A DNA stretch of 64,000 nucleotides, from positions 9,734,001-9,798,000 of the forward strand of contig OZ024758.1 in NCBI GenBank assembly GCA_964016885.1, given 5' to 3'. Numbering within the stretch: position 1 is the first letter of the stretch; each line of letters opens with the position of its first letter. Positions 1 to 12,468 of the stretch are shown here, piece after piece. The DNA is from Eledone cirrhosa (Eukaryota). Position numbers and translations under genes: made by a program. Below the pieces are notes generated by a model. The model ran no database searches, was not told the DNA's origin, and was given only the letters and a program-made list of their open reading frames with translations.

Positions 1-2904
1 TGAAACAAGGAGTTCAAATATTTTGATACCTGCAAAACATAAGTGATAAAAGGATTAGTATTAGGAAGGGCTGTAAAACTGCCACAAAAAGTCCCATCCA
101 ACTCGTGCCAATATGGAGAAGTTGCCCTAAAAAGAACAATAATGATACACACTACACACGATGGGAAAATCATATATTGAACCCGAGATAATAAGTGAGG
201 AACGACGATATCGTGGTCAGAGAAAACAAACAAAATGATAACTTTTCAACAGAAATAGATCATACATAGTACATTGAACAAAAAGTAGTTAGCAAAAAGT
301 CATTTCAACTTACTTGCATGAAGAAGCAGTGTATATATTGTTGAAAAAAAAAAAAAAAAAAAAAAAAAGAATCTAAACAGAGGTTACATGAAGCAGAAAG
401 TATGAGCAGTGTACCGAGTTTTAACCCCATATATAAGTAAAATATAATACATGTTAGATTGGGGTTCACTAACAAAACCCACAAGAGTGCCAATATAGGG
501 GAGGAGAGAATAAAGAAAAAAGAAATGAGGAGAAATGTTGAAAATGTCTAAATGACACCATTTACAATATAAACAGCAGGTAGGGGTTTTACTGTATCGA
601 TACAATGGAGCACTTAGAGACAAATGTGTTGCTATGGCAGCTGGCAACTTCAACAGAGAGAACAGCAACTTTTTCAAGAATCACAACAATGTGAATCATT
701 AATAGAAGTGAAACCATTGTTAATGCAGGTATAGTGTGGAAAAACAAAAACAAGTCAAAGGGTATAAGGAAATTTAGCAATATCAGCTAACTTTTCCATC
801 GATATGTCTACTAAATATACTAATGCATGCCAACAGTATAGCAGTTACATTCCCTACCCACTTTTCTTCAGTTTGTATAGGTTTACACGAGAAAATTCTA
901 TTAGAATCAATAATAACTTTCCATAATAGTTATTGCTGGTTTCCTTTTTTCTATGTGAAGGAATATTGGTCAAGTAATATTTATAGCTTGCTAATATTCT
1001 AAATGGCTTTATGGAGCTGTTTAGTGTTCAGATCCACAAATTTATATATTACAATATATGACTTCAATGTACGTTTTAGTTGCTTCCTCCCTGGTGTCTT
1101 AGGCTGACAGCTCTACATGATTCTTTCATTTTGTACATAAGTAGTCATTTAATTTTGACCTAACGTGAATCATTTAACCTTTTGTTACTAACCTGGCCAA
1201 AACCAGCTCTGGTTTTATAAAATAAAACCACACATTTTAAAAGGTTTCCAATGTATATTAAAATCTTCCAACAATTTTATATAAGAACCTTACATTAAGT
1301 GACTATCTAAGTAATGAAATGATTAATAGTTTTAGTAAATCCCTCAAAATTCTTTAATTGAAAGTGTATTTCATTAGAAATACAGTCATGAAAGGGTTGA
1401 ATCAGGTCAGCGTATTATGACAAGCTCAGTTTTTATATTTTCTATGGTCAGTGATTACGCCATCAGTAGTTTATAGGTAATAATTTCACTAAACACACAA
1501 CTGAAGCAAATGGGACAACCACATGACACAGTTTGGTTCTTTGTGATGATTAACACATCCGAGATGTAAGGTCTCCATGTCTTAACATTGAAACAGGAAG
1601 GTTTACTCTACAAAGGCTCTTTCTAATAAGAAAACTTATAGAAGAATAAGCAGATGTTCCTCACCAACTCTTCATTCAGTAGGAAACCAAAAGTCTGTGG
1701 CCCATCAGAGTTAATATTGTGGGATAAATGGCAGTAGATTAACAGAATTAGATCAGACAAAATACTTATTTAGTTACAGTTCTTTATATTCTGAGTTCAA
1801 ATCCTGTCAAAGTCAACTTTGCTATTCATTGTTTTGGGGTTGATAAAATATAGTACATTTCCCCACTCCCCAAATTGCAGGCCTTGAAACTGTGGGATAA
1901 AGAACATCCCAGTAATACAATTTCAGATCTTTCAAAGAAAATGCCACATCTATAACATTGTCAAAACTACATTCCAAAAACCCAGCTTCCTCTTCAGGGA
2001 ATAGCTCTGATCAGTTGATTTTAAACAAGTGCAATCCACAGAGTATTGCCTATATAGCTGCAACAACATTACAGCTAATGTATTTCCAAAATCAATCCAA
2101 TGACAGAGACTTGGCTTGCGAGAAACAACAGCTAAACATCTATCATCATATCCTGTTTTAAGGACAGATAATATAATCCCAAATATATTGTCTGGAAAAA
2201 GACAGGATGGTTGGTTATAACTGAAATATGCCCAGTAGATCTGATTGGGTAAATGGAAAAAAAAAAAAAAAAAAAAAAAAAGGGTTATTCAAATGATTGT
2301 AAAGGTTTATTTTACTAACAGACTACAACTACCAACCAATAAGCCAATGATGGAGCACCATAGAAGCTAGAAATAGCAAAAATGACCATGGCATTAAGTA
2401 CCACCACCACCACTCCCGTAGACACACCTTCAACATTCCCTCCAACAATTTCAAGTATAATAATAATAAAAACAAAAATATCCCCTTCAGTAAAATTAGG
2501 TTTTGTATACAATCATGTGGATAATTTCACCCCAGCCCCCCAGAGTAGGAATAGATGATAGTAAGACATACTAACAATGTGGAATATCTACAACTAACAC
2601 ATGTTGAAAGGAAATTATATTTATATAGACCTACCTACTGTATATATTTCTATCTCTAGATATATATTACTGCATAAGAATGCTGTAATGTTTAGATACT
2701 TGCAAACAGCCTAGTATATCTTAGTGAACAGCAGTGTTGCATTAAGCCATCTCATGATCTCTATTAACAGTGTTACTGGATTTCTAACAGAAGCTTAAAA
2801 TGTCATCTGCTTCCATAACATGAAGGTTGTGGTGTTACTGCACCAAATGACCAAATAATACTTCAGGCAGAGAGAGAGGGGGGGGGAGGGGAAGAAGCAA
2901 GTAG

Positions 2905-2928
2905 GTGCATACACACGTGTATGTATGC

Positions 2929-2985
<57 letters not shown>

Positions 2986-3318
2986 GACACACACACACAC
3001 AGGTGTGTGTATGTGCGTGAATGTGTATGTGCACGTGTGTGAATGTGCATATGTGCGCATAGGTGTATGTGCACGCATGTGTATGTGTGCATGTATGTGT
3101 GTGTACATTGTGCGTGTGAGTGCGTATGTATATATATACACACACACACACACACACAGGTGTTTGTGTATGTGCATGAATCTGTATATGCATGTGTGTG
3201 AATGTGCATATGTGCACGCAGGTGTATGTGTGCACACATGTGTATGTGTGCATGTATGTGTATGTGTGCATGTATGTGTGTGTACATTGTGCATGTGAGT
3301 GAGTGCATGTATATATAA
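2905..3318. repeat. Compound (TA)/(CA)/(TG) microsatellite with ~140-bp higher-order duplication
   Basis: acacaggtgt...gtgtacattgtgc.tgtgagtg occurs twice. Confidence 0.9.
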
Positions 3319-3397
3319 CCACATTGTGTTTATACATATTTGATACAACCATATAGTTACTTTCTACTTGCACACACAATTTTCCAATTCCATCCAT

Positions 3398-3732
3398 GGA
3401 GGCACATGGCTTAGTGGTTAGAGCATTGGCCTTGCAATCAAAAGGTTGCGAGTTCAATCCTTGAGCAAGACACTTTATTTCACATTGCTCCAGTTTACTC
3501 AGCTGTAGAAATGAGATGATAGGGACTGGGGTCCATATCATTCCACTGTAGAGTGGTCGTGGAGGTGCTACGGCAAAAAAAAAAAAAAAAAAAAAAAAAG
3601 CACCCAGCACTCACTGTAAATGAGGTTGGTGTTAGGAAGGGCATCCAGCTGTAGAAATCAAGCCAGAATCAGTTCCCGTCCCACCCTTGCAAGCAGGGAA
3701 AAGCAGACGTAAACTGAAATGATGATGATGAT
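3398..3732 (+). mobile_element. SINE family B (tRNA head, CORE-like domain, RTE tail, (ATG)n)
   Basis: A-box tggcttagtggtt, B-box gagttcaatcc, ccttgagcaagacactt...cagtttactcagctgtagaaatgag, gttaggaagggcatccagc; close to copies at 8163 and 50676. Confidence 0.88.
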
Positions 3733-4794
3733 ACAACCCATTATGATTCAATATTGCCGTGTTTTGATCATTCTTATAGTTTAAAGGACAGTTTAAGTGT
3801 GTTGTTGAAAGTCATTGTGACTTAGCGCCCATATCTCAGTAAATACATTGTAATAATTTACTAATATTTAGCAGCAAATAGAAGAAATCATTTAATAATA
3901 AATATGTTAAATTTATCGTTGCCATAAAGATGGTTAAGGAAGCCATAAATGAGACAAGTCATTGCAAAATCCTTAACAATTATTGTTGCAGAAGTTATCC
4001 TTTTCAACATAAGGGAGCAGTGTTGATTTCCATGTGTGCCAAAGGGAAATGTCATTTTATCTAATTTAAAGCATAAACTTGAGCACTCAAAATCTGTACA
4101 CCAAGGCATTCTGAAATGTATGCCCTAAGAATTTGATCTTGCTTATATATCTTATATTCATATCGCCACGATAATGGTAAAAGCTCAGAAATAAATCTTC
4201 CTTTAAGAGAGAATCTAGATATGACAGACAAAGCAAGAGAGAATTTATTGACTACACACTAATATTGATATATTACATGCTGAACAGAACATTTCCAGTT
4301 GGCTGTCATGCCACGAAGTCATGCAAACTGAATAGCCTTCAGAAAAGTTGATTTAATAGTTTACAACAGTAGAATTGACAATATTTAAAACCAATATCCT
4401 TCTAGTGACATTTATAAAATACCTTTTACATTAAACAATCAATAAAATGTTCCCATAAATCTTCAAAATAGATGACAGCTATAACAACAGCCAACAATAG
4501 TAGGAAGCTTCTAGTTAACTTTTGTTTTACTACTGCTAATAGAACACAGTTGATCAAAGATGGGAGATATTAATACAAGGTTATAGTGGATTACAAGAAC
4601 AATTTAGGAAATTTTAGCTCATTCATAAAACATAAGCCTACATAAATAAATGAAAATTTATGAGATATTATCAAGCAACTTCCATATCTAAAAGTTATTT
4701 TCATTTTCCTAAATGAAAATACAATAGATATGAAAAAAGATAATACATCTGAGTTGAGCCAGCTTGAAAAGATTACAATTTTACATAAAACATT

Positions 4795-5033
4795 ATTAGT
4801 TGATATTTAATTGTTTCTACTTTAGGCACAAGGCCAGCAATTACCCAGTGCATTACTGGTACTTTATTTTAACCTCGTAAGGATGAAAGGCAAAGTCAAC
4901 CTCGGCGGGATTTGAACTCAGATCGTAAAGGGACGTAACTATGCTGCGTCCTTTACGATCCGAGTTCAAATCCCGCCGAGGTTGACTTTGCCTTTCATCC
5001 TTACGGGGTCGATAAAATTAGTTGATATTTAAT
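4795..5033 (-). mobile_element. SINE family A (Nin/Deu-like domain) with fold-back inverted duplication and 17-bp TSD
   Basis: TSD attagttgatatttaat at 4795-4811 and 5017-5033; ~65-bp inverted arms around an 11-nt loop. Confidence 0.88.
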
Positions 5034-5047
5034 ATTCAATAAGGGAT

Positions 5048-5215
5048 AGGAATGGCTATGTGGTAAAGGAGTTTGCATTGCAACCATATGGTTTCAGGTT
5101 AAATTTCACTGTGGGACACTTTAGGCAAGTGTTTACTATAGCCTAGAGATGACCTGTACCTTGTGAGTAAAATTTGGTAATAGAAACTACAAAAGCCCAT
5201 TGTGTGTGTACATGT
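5048..5215 (+). mobile_element. Old tRNA-derived SINE head (family E)
   Basis: tggctatgtggtaa..caaccatatggtt..ggcaagtg..actatagcc..ccttgtgagt; reverse copy near 14700-14832. Confidence 0.65.
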
Positions 5216-5319
5216 GTATTCACATCTACCATTGATACTGTCTGGGCAGAAATGACATTTACGTGATAGAATGCTGCCTCAAGAAAGCTCCTCAAACAAC
5301 TATGTCTCGAGCCTGTAGG

Positions 5320-5566
5320 CTCATCAGACGAATGCTTATCCTGGTTTCCATGGAATTGTGAGGTACAAGACTTTCCCTTGGCCAACACACCAGTCCATCA
5401 TAGGATTAAACCCCCAGATACTGCTGGTACTCATTTTCAGCTGAGTATATTGGAGCAACGTGAAATGAAGTGTTTTGCTCAAAAAGATACACAATCCAGT
5501 CCAGGAATTGAACCCACAACTTTATGATCATAAGTCCAATCCCCTTACTACTAAGCCACACACCTT
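5320..5566 (-). mobile_element. Old CORE-like SINE (family F)
   Basis: cagctgagtatattggagcaacgtgaaatgaagtgttttgctca..aattgaaccc; matches 44270-44525. Confidence 0.7.
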
Positions 5567-7062
5567 TACAAAAGCTACTACTAGCATAGACAAAATGATT
5601 ACATGAATATATCAAGATATATTCATTGACAAGATATCTCAGTAGTATTAAAATAATAGTTCCAATATTTTCTATACTGTTATAATAATGTTAACGATTA
5701 GAACAAATCTCAAAGAACAGCAATTAAATAGTTTACAGTTTCAAGGATTTATGTCATAGTTGAAAGAATGCTTTTAAATGTTACAATACACTGGGGGAAA
5801 ATGACTTATTTAAATTATAATTTATAAAATAAAATCAATTTAATCTAAAATTAATTTCACATTAGATACTATTTCTATAAAACCTTGCAGGAATGCAAAC
5901 ATGATCATTACATAATTTATAGATATTAATCTTTTAAATAAACATAGTTAAGAATAAATTAAATAAAAGCAGCATATTCCAAATTACTTAATAGAACAAA
6001 AATTCAATTTATATAAAGAGAAAATAAAAAAAAAAAAACTGCATAGAAGATATTAAAGATTGAAATAAAATTCAATTAAAATAATTTTTCCTTCATGTAC
6101 CAATTAAAATGATTCTAAGAATCCATAAAATTGAAATTTCAATATATCTGTTTATTAACAGAGTGAAGTCACATGAGACTGAAGAATTCATGTATTGTTA
6201 GTAAAGCATTTCTTTAACCTTATTCTACACCAATTTTAATTTAAACTATGTGAATTTGGCTCTATAGAATTACAGAAATATATGGCATATCTATATTTAA
6301 GTCTGGCTATAATATTAAGCCCCATAGAATTACAGTTGACTAGAATGTAGCAAAAATTCCCAATAACAAGTTGCATATTTTTCTTCTATGCTACACTTTT
6401 ATACCAAAAAAAATCTATTACATAAACCAATAGTTTTTCTTATACAAGAAACAAAAAAAAATAGTTGAGGTAATAAGAGATCTAGTGTTTGCTTGACCTG
6501 CTAGAAAAAGCAGCCAAACCTCTCAATTCACACCATATTTTCTTAAGGAAAGAACACAAGGTATGTAGTCCAACATACCCTTAAAAGACTGACCAAAGCT
6601 GAAATGGATTTCACCTTTGATTTACAACTTTTCTCATGCTGGTAATAGTTAGGCATGTCTGTTCCTGAGAATTTCACAATACCACAGTAAACTTTTAATG
6701 AGATGGTGGTGGAGATAGTTTTACCAACAACTTTACAACATGGATGCATGTATATTGTGCAACTGGCATTAGAGAGGCTGTCAAACACAAAGTATATCCT
6801 CTATAGCATATCAGTTTTTAGTCAGAGTTAATATTCTGGACAGCTTGAACTCGACAAGACTTAGCCAAACCATTTCTTCACTACGATGGGGAAAGTGTGT
6901 TAAGTGATAAGGTATTGTATGTCGATAATGGGAGGTATTTACAACAGAAAAAGACTGAGGTCAGATCTCAAGGTATCAGGCCTCAGGGACAAGATGATGT
7001 AAGTTTAGGAAGGGTCATGATGTGTTAAATAGTGGAGAGTTCCAATAAATACCAGCAGAGAG

Positions 7063-7095
<33 letters not shown>

Positions 7096-7291
7096 ATGTT
7101 GAAACACAGCAAGTGTAGAACCTACAACGGTTTCCTTGCAGATAAACCAAGAAAAGAATTGGCAATGAGAAAGCTAAAAACAGTAAGTATGAGGAGAAAA
7201 GAAGTGGGAAAATCCAATATAATAAAGCAATATGAACAATTGAACTGCTGAAATAGCAAGCAAATACTTGCATATACTGATTTTAACTAAC

Positions 7292-7412
7292 CTGTTTTAG
7301 CATTCGATTTAAACATTTTAAAGATGTACTGAGATCACTGAAAACTGGATAACCATTGCGTTCAGATATATCTGTGATGAGGTCATAACTTGTTTTTAGT
7401 TCCCCAAGTTCA
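7292..7412 (-). CDS. raw: raw-like exon (121 nt, phase 2 to 0)
   Basis: ttcttcttctttcag acceptor, gttagt donor; (S)ELGELKTSYDLITDISERNGYPVFSDLSTSLKCLNRMLKQ with G.PVF.D motif. Confidence 0.9.
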
Positions 7413-8124
7413 CTGAAAGAAGAAGAAACAAAAATACAGAGATGTTCATAGAAGTTTTACAGTTTAAAGATCTGACATTGTGTGTATGCATAAACACAAA
7501 TGTTTCAGTGGAAACAAGGAAAAGGGAGTACTCAATACTGCAAGTAGAGTATCAAAAGATTAAGCTGAAATTTCAAAAATATGTATGTATGTATGTATAT
7601 ATATATATAGTTGACATTATGGGCATCCAGCCATAGAAAACTCACCAAAAAACAGTCCTATATGAACAAGACGCGGTCATCTCACAGCTTGCCTCTAATA
7701 AGACAATCTGTTTAACACATGCTAGCATGGAAAATAGATGTTAAATGATGATATATATAAAGCTTAAACCAAAGTCCCTATTTGGGGGGATATAAGTTAG
7801 ACCAACTAAAATAAATTGGTTTTATTCATGTTTAATTGTATCTCAGAGTTGATTTATTAATATATCTTTTCCTTTCATGGAAATGTCTAAGTATTAGAGA
7901 CATAAAATGTGTGTGTATTATATACAATATATATATATATATATATAAGTTGGACTATTAAAACTATGAGCAGGTGAGAATTGAATTCACACCGTTCAGA
8001 TTACTCGACATACTTGTGATTATGGCACTGACATGGTACCACTCCTACTACTACTACTACTACTACCTACACATCTATATTCTCAGTACACACTTAAGTA
8101 TACGACTTCGCGCACACACACACG

Positions 8125-8162
<38 letters not shown>

Positions 8163-9503
8163 GAGGCACATGGCTTAGTGGTTAGAGCATTGGCGTTGCA
8201 ATCGAAAGGTTGCGAGTTCAATTCTCAGACCGGGTGATGTGTTGTTTCACATTGCTCCAGTTTACTCAGCTGTAGAAATGAGATGATAGGGACTGGGGTC
8301 CATATCATTCCACTGTAAAGTGGCTGTGGAAGTGCCACAGCAAAAAAAGTACCCAGCACTCACTGTAAATGAGGTTGGTGTTAGGAAGGGCATCCAGCTG
8401 TAGAAATCGAGCCAGAATCAGTTCCTGTCCCACCCTTGCAAGCAGGGAAAAGCGGACGTAAAATGATGATGATGATGACATTTTACTATAGAAATGACCA
8501 CACACTCACACCCACACACAAACGATACATATTTTGTATTATCATTCATTGATTTTATAACTTCAAGAATATGTATTTACATATGCTTGCTGTTTCATTT
8601 AATTATAGTTGACAAAAATATATTGAAAGTAGGATAAAAATAAAAAGTAGGAAGCAAATATGAATAAGATTAAATCTGTAATTCTTGTTGAGCAAATGTC
8701 ATTTGTCATCAAATCTCCAGATGTGTTTTTAATGCCATGGAACTAAATCTACTCTAGCAAATCTCATATTCACAGTATCTGCTATAATGGATATAAGATA
8801 AGATAATGAAGAGAAAGGGAATCAATCTGGATATTGACATACAAACACACATTCACCAACATGTGTATATATGTGTGTGTGCATACATATATATATATGT
8901 GCATGTGTGTGTGCATACTATATATATGTATGTGTGCATATATATGTGTGTGTGCATATATATGTATGTGTGCATATATATGTGTGTGTGCATATATATG
9001 TATGTGCATATATATATGTGTGTGCATATATATATATATGTGTGTGTGTGCATATATATATATATGTGTGTGTGCATATATATATGTATGTGCATATATA
9101 TGTGTGTGCGCATATATGTGTGCATGCATGCGCGTATATATATATATATATAACTACAAGCACACATTAAACACAAATACAGTTGACAACACATTCTAAT
9201 CACAACTCAGCTGTGATTTGTGCATATGTACGTGTGTATGTACGTGCGCTTAAGTATGTGCGTGGGTGTATGTGCGTGTATGTGCACACATGTGCCAGCT
9301 GATAAAATTAGTACACTTTGAAAGAATCATTTAGATCAAAAGCTTTAGCTTACTAGAATTTACCAAAATCAATAGTGTGGGTGTGGGTGTGTGTGTGCGC
9401 ACATGTGAAAACTTATAATTTTACCTTTGCAGAAGTACACATGCATATATACAGACAGAACGCGAGACGGGGGGAAGCGAGGGGAAAGAGAGAGTGGGCG
9501 ATG

Positions 9504-9543
<40 letters not shown>

Positions 9544-10923
9544 AGTTTAACTGATAATATTCCTATCGAGTGTGAAAAAGTATTTAGGTAAATGCAGGCA
9601 TGGAGAAACATGTAAAAGGATAAACATAAAATCTTAAAAATGAAAAATAAAATTTTAAGTGTTGACATTTATACCAAACCAAGAAACAAGTAAATTCCTA
9701 AACTAATTAATGAAACTTAATATAAAACAAATGTGTCATACCTTTTGGGAATCTTGCTCTCATGAACATGGATTACAAGCAATACTTGTCTTTGGTTTCC
9801 TATAAGAGAAAATAACACATCTAGAAACAGATTCATGGAATCAACAAGCAAGTATCTATGTGGTCCGTCAACTGGCTAGAAATAGCACCAAATCTCCCAA
9901 ATAATATACTACTGTTGCTATAAAAAAAAAAAAAAAATAAATAAATAAATAAATAAAAAATAAAAAAAAATAAATAAAAAAATAAATAAAAAAATAAATA
10001 AAAAAAAAACGGCAAATAGTCCAGGGTATAAGATTGGGATGTCATGATGTGAATGCCTTTTATATTCAACCAAGACAAACAGAGTTAAACAAGAAATTCA
10101 TATAGTCAGCTAGAGAGCCTATATGTGGTTTCTAAATCTGCTAGAAATGACCAAATCTCCCTCAAATCAAACCATGCCATTTTAAAAGAAAATGAAAAAA
10201 AAAACAGGTTAATGTCTTAGACACACTATACTAAGAAATAGAAAAGCCAGGAAAGTCACAGATTCAGATATCTTCAATAGGTCTGATTAATCAGAAGTGA
10301 CCAATTGATAAAAAGAGTGGCTTGTAATTTGCTTTTGAGCTATGTACATGACAGCACTGATCTGTGAATTAAAAAGGTTGGTCAAATTTAGGTAAGGCAC
10401 ACATTGTACTTAATGAGTCATTAAAGGAAGAATAATCAAATTCATTGAAATTATTGTAGCGTAGCAATAGGTTAGTTCTGAGCAGACCATTCTTGATATT
10501 AACTTGCAAAATATAGGGAAATTCCATCTTTTAAATATGTCCTTTTTATATTTCTGCATAAAATTATGGATAACAACATTTTTTTCATAATGTTAAAGAT
10601 AACAATTATGTCATCGATTGCCTTCCATAGTTAAGCCTAATACAAACATTTTATATGAATCTTAGAGATATTGAATGGCAACAATAATTTAAGTGTAAAT
10701 AAAACAAACAAAAAATGTTTTGTGAAAAAAAAACCCCCAAAAATAAAAAGCAAAAACATTAAAAATAACTAAATAGTTGAAGGATATTAAGAAAATATCG
10801 ATCAGTATTGAGACTTATTTTCCAAAATTCTATTTCACAAAAATTATATGGTATAGATTGATATTAGACATAAATACCAATTTGAGAGAGAGAGAGGTGT
10901 AAGCCTGATTGCGACACCAAGCA

Positions 10924-10960
<37 letters not shown>

Positions 10961-12408
10961 CATACATATATACACACACACATATATATATATATATCAT
11001 AATATTTGTAAAAAGTGATATATAAAATGGTACAAGATCAATTTGAATTTTTTTTTTGGTGGGGGTGAGGGTTTTAACAACCTTCAGTGAAATATATCTC
11101 AAGTTTAATAATACTTTATATTACATGGTAAGCAATGGTATATTGTACAATGGTAAATGGTGGATATTATTGTACAATGGTATATATTGGATATTATTGT
11201 ACAATGGTATATATTGGATATTATTGTACAATGGTATATGCTGAATATTATTGTACAATGGTATATGCTGAATATTGTACAATGGTATATGCTGAATATT
11301 GTACAATGGTATATGCTGAATATTGTACAATGGTATATGCTGAATATTGTACAATGGTATATGCTGAATATTGTACAATGGTATATGCTGAATATTGTAC
11401 AATGGTATATTCTAGATATTGTACAATGGTATATTCTAGATATTGTACAATGGTATATTCTAGATATTGTACAATGGTATATTCTAGATATTGTACAATG
11501 GTATATTCTAGATATTGTACAATGGTATATTCTAGATATTGTACAATGGTATATTCTAGATATTGTACAATGGTATATTCTAGATATTGTACAATGGTAT
11601 ATTCTAGATATTGTACAATGGTATATTCTAGATATTGTACAATGGTATATTCTGGATATTGTACAATGGTATATTCTGGATATTGTACAATGGTATATGC
11701 TGGATATTGTACAATGGTATATTCTAGATATTGTACAATGGTATATTCTGGATATTGTACAATGGTATATGCTGGATATTATTGTACAAGCCCCAGTAGG
11801 CCAGTCATATCTGAAGTTGGCCATATATGTATAGTTTTATTTCTTCTCTGCCTCATGAATTATTCTTTTATTACGGTTGTTAATAGAAAACCTTTATATG
11901 CGAGACAAAACAGGGGTCAACAGTACACTGGTTGCTTATTTTGTATTCATTAGGGATACAGATCAAAAATGTTATGGGGAGGGGTGATACAGTAGATTCA
12001 TGTTGACAGAGTTTGATGTCCCTACTAATGTGTATTAAAATGATTACTTAAGAACATTGTATGGCATAAAGATGTATATAATGGTATGGTGGCTAAGAGA
12101 GAAAGAAAGGGAGTGTCACACACATTTGTGTATATTTAAACATACATACCAACTAAATAAGCTATTTCAATCAAAGATGAGCTTGCACGGGTTCGGTTAT
12201 CAATGACAAACAACAACACTTCCGAAGCCTAGATAATAAAAAAAAAAAAGAAAAATAGTAAGGATATAAATGCACCTCCTCCCCATCCCTCAAAGAACCC
12301 CTTTCCTCAACAAAAAACCCAAACCACTGATATTCAGCCATTTTGAATTAGATGACAAGAGACAAAGAAATGTTTCTAAAAGTTAATATCGTATGTATGC
12401 ATTGAAAG

Positions 12409-12468
<60 letters not shown>

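Noticed and set aside
1-29. Possible next raw exon after a ttttgcag acceptor (GIKIFELLVS in one frame)
   Set aside because: That frame needs phase 1 but the previous exon ends in phase 0; it is truncated by the window edge and adjoins a SINE remnant. Unresolved rather than excluded.
308-345. gtaagt donor with upstream poly-T on the minus strand
   Set aside because: No AG after the pyrimidine tract and no U12 branch motif; no Raw-like peptide.
3398-3465. tRNA gene (A and B boxes)
   Set aside because: No complete acceptor stem; continues into a multi-copy SINE body and tail.
2795-3610. Long ORFs (up to 271 aa) on both strands
   Set aside because: They translate (TA)/(CA) microsatellite and an antisense SINE; the same applies at 8782-9203 and 17285-17680.
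11135-11790. Regular 24-bp repeats (and 26-bp repeats at 22073) as a CRISPR array
   Set aside because: Head-to-tail tandem units with no unique spacers, no cas genes, eukaryotic intron context.
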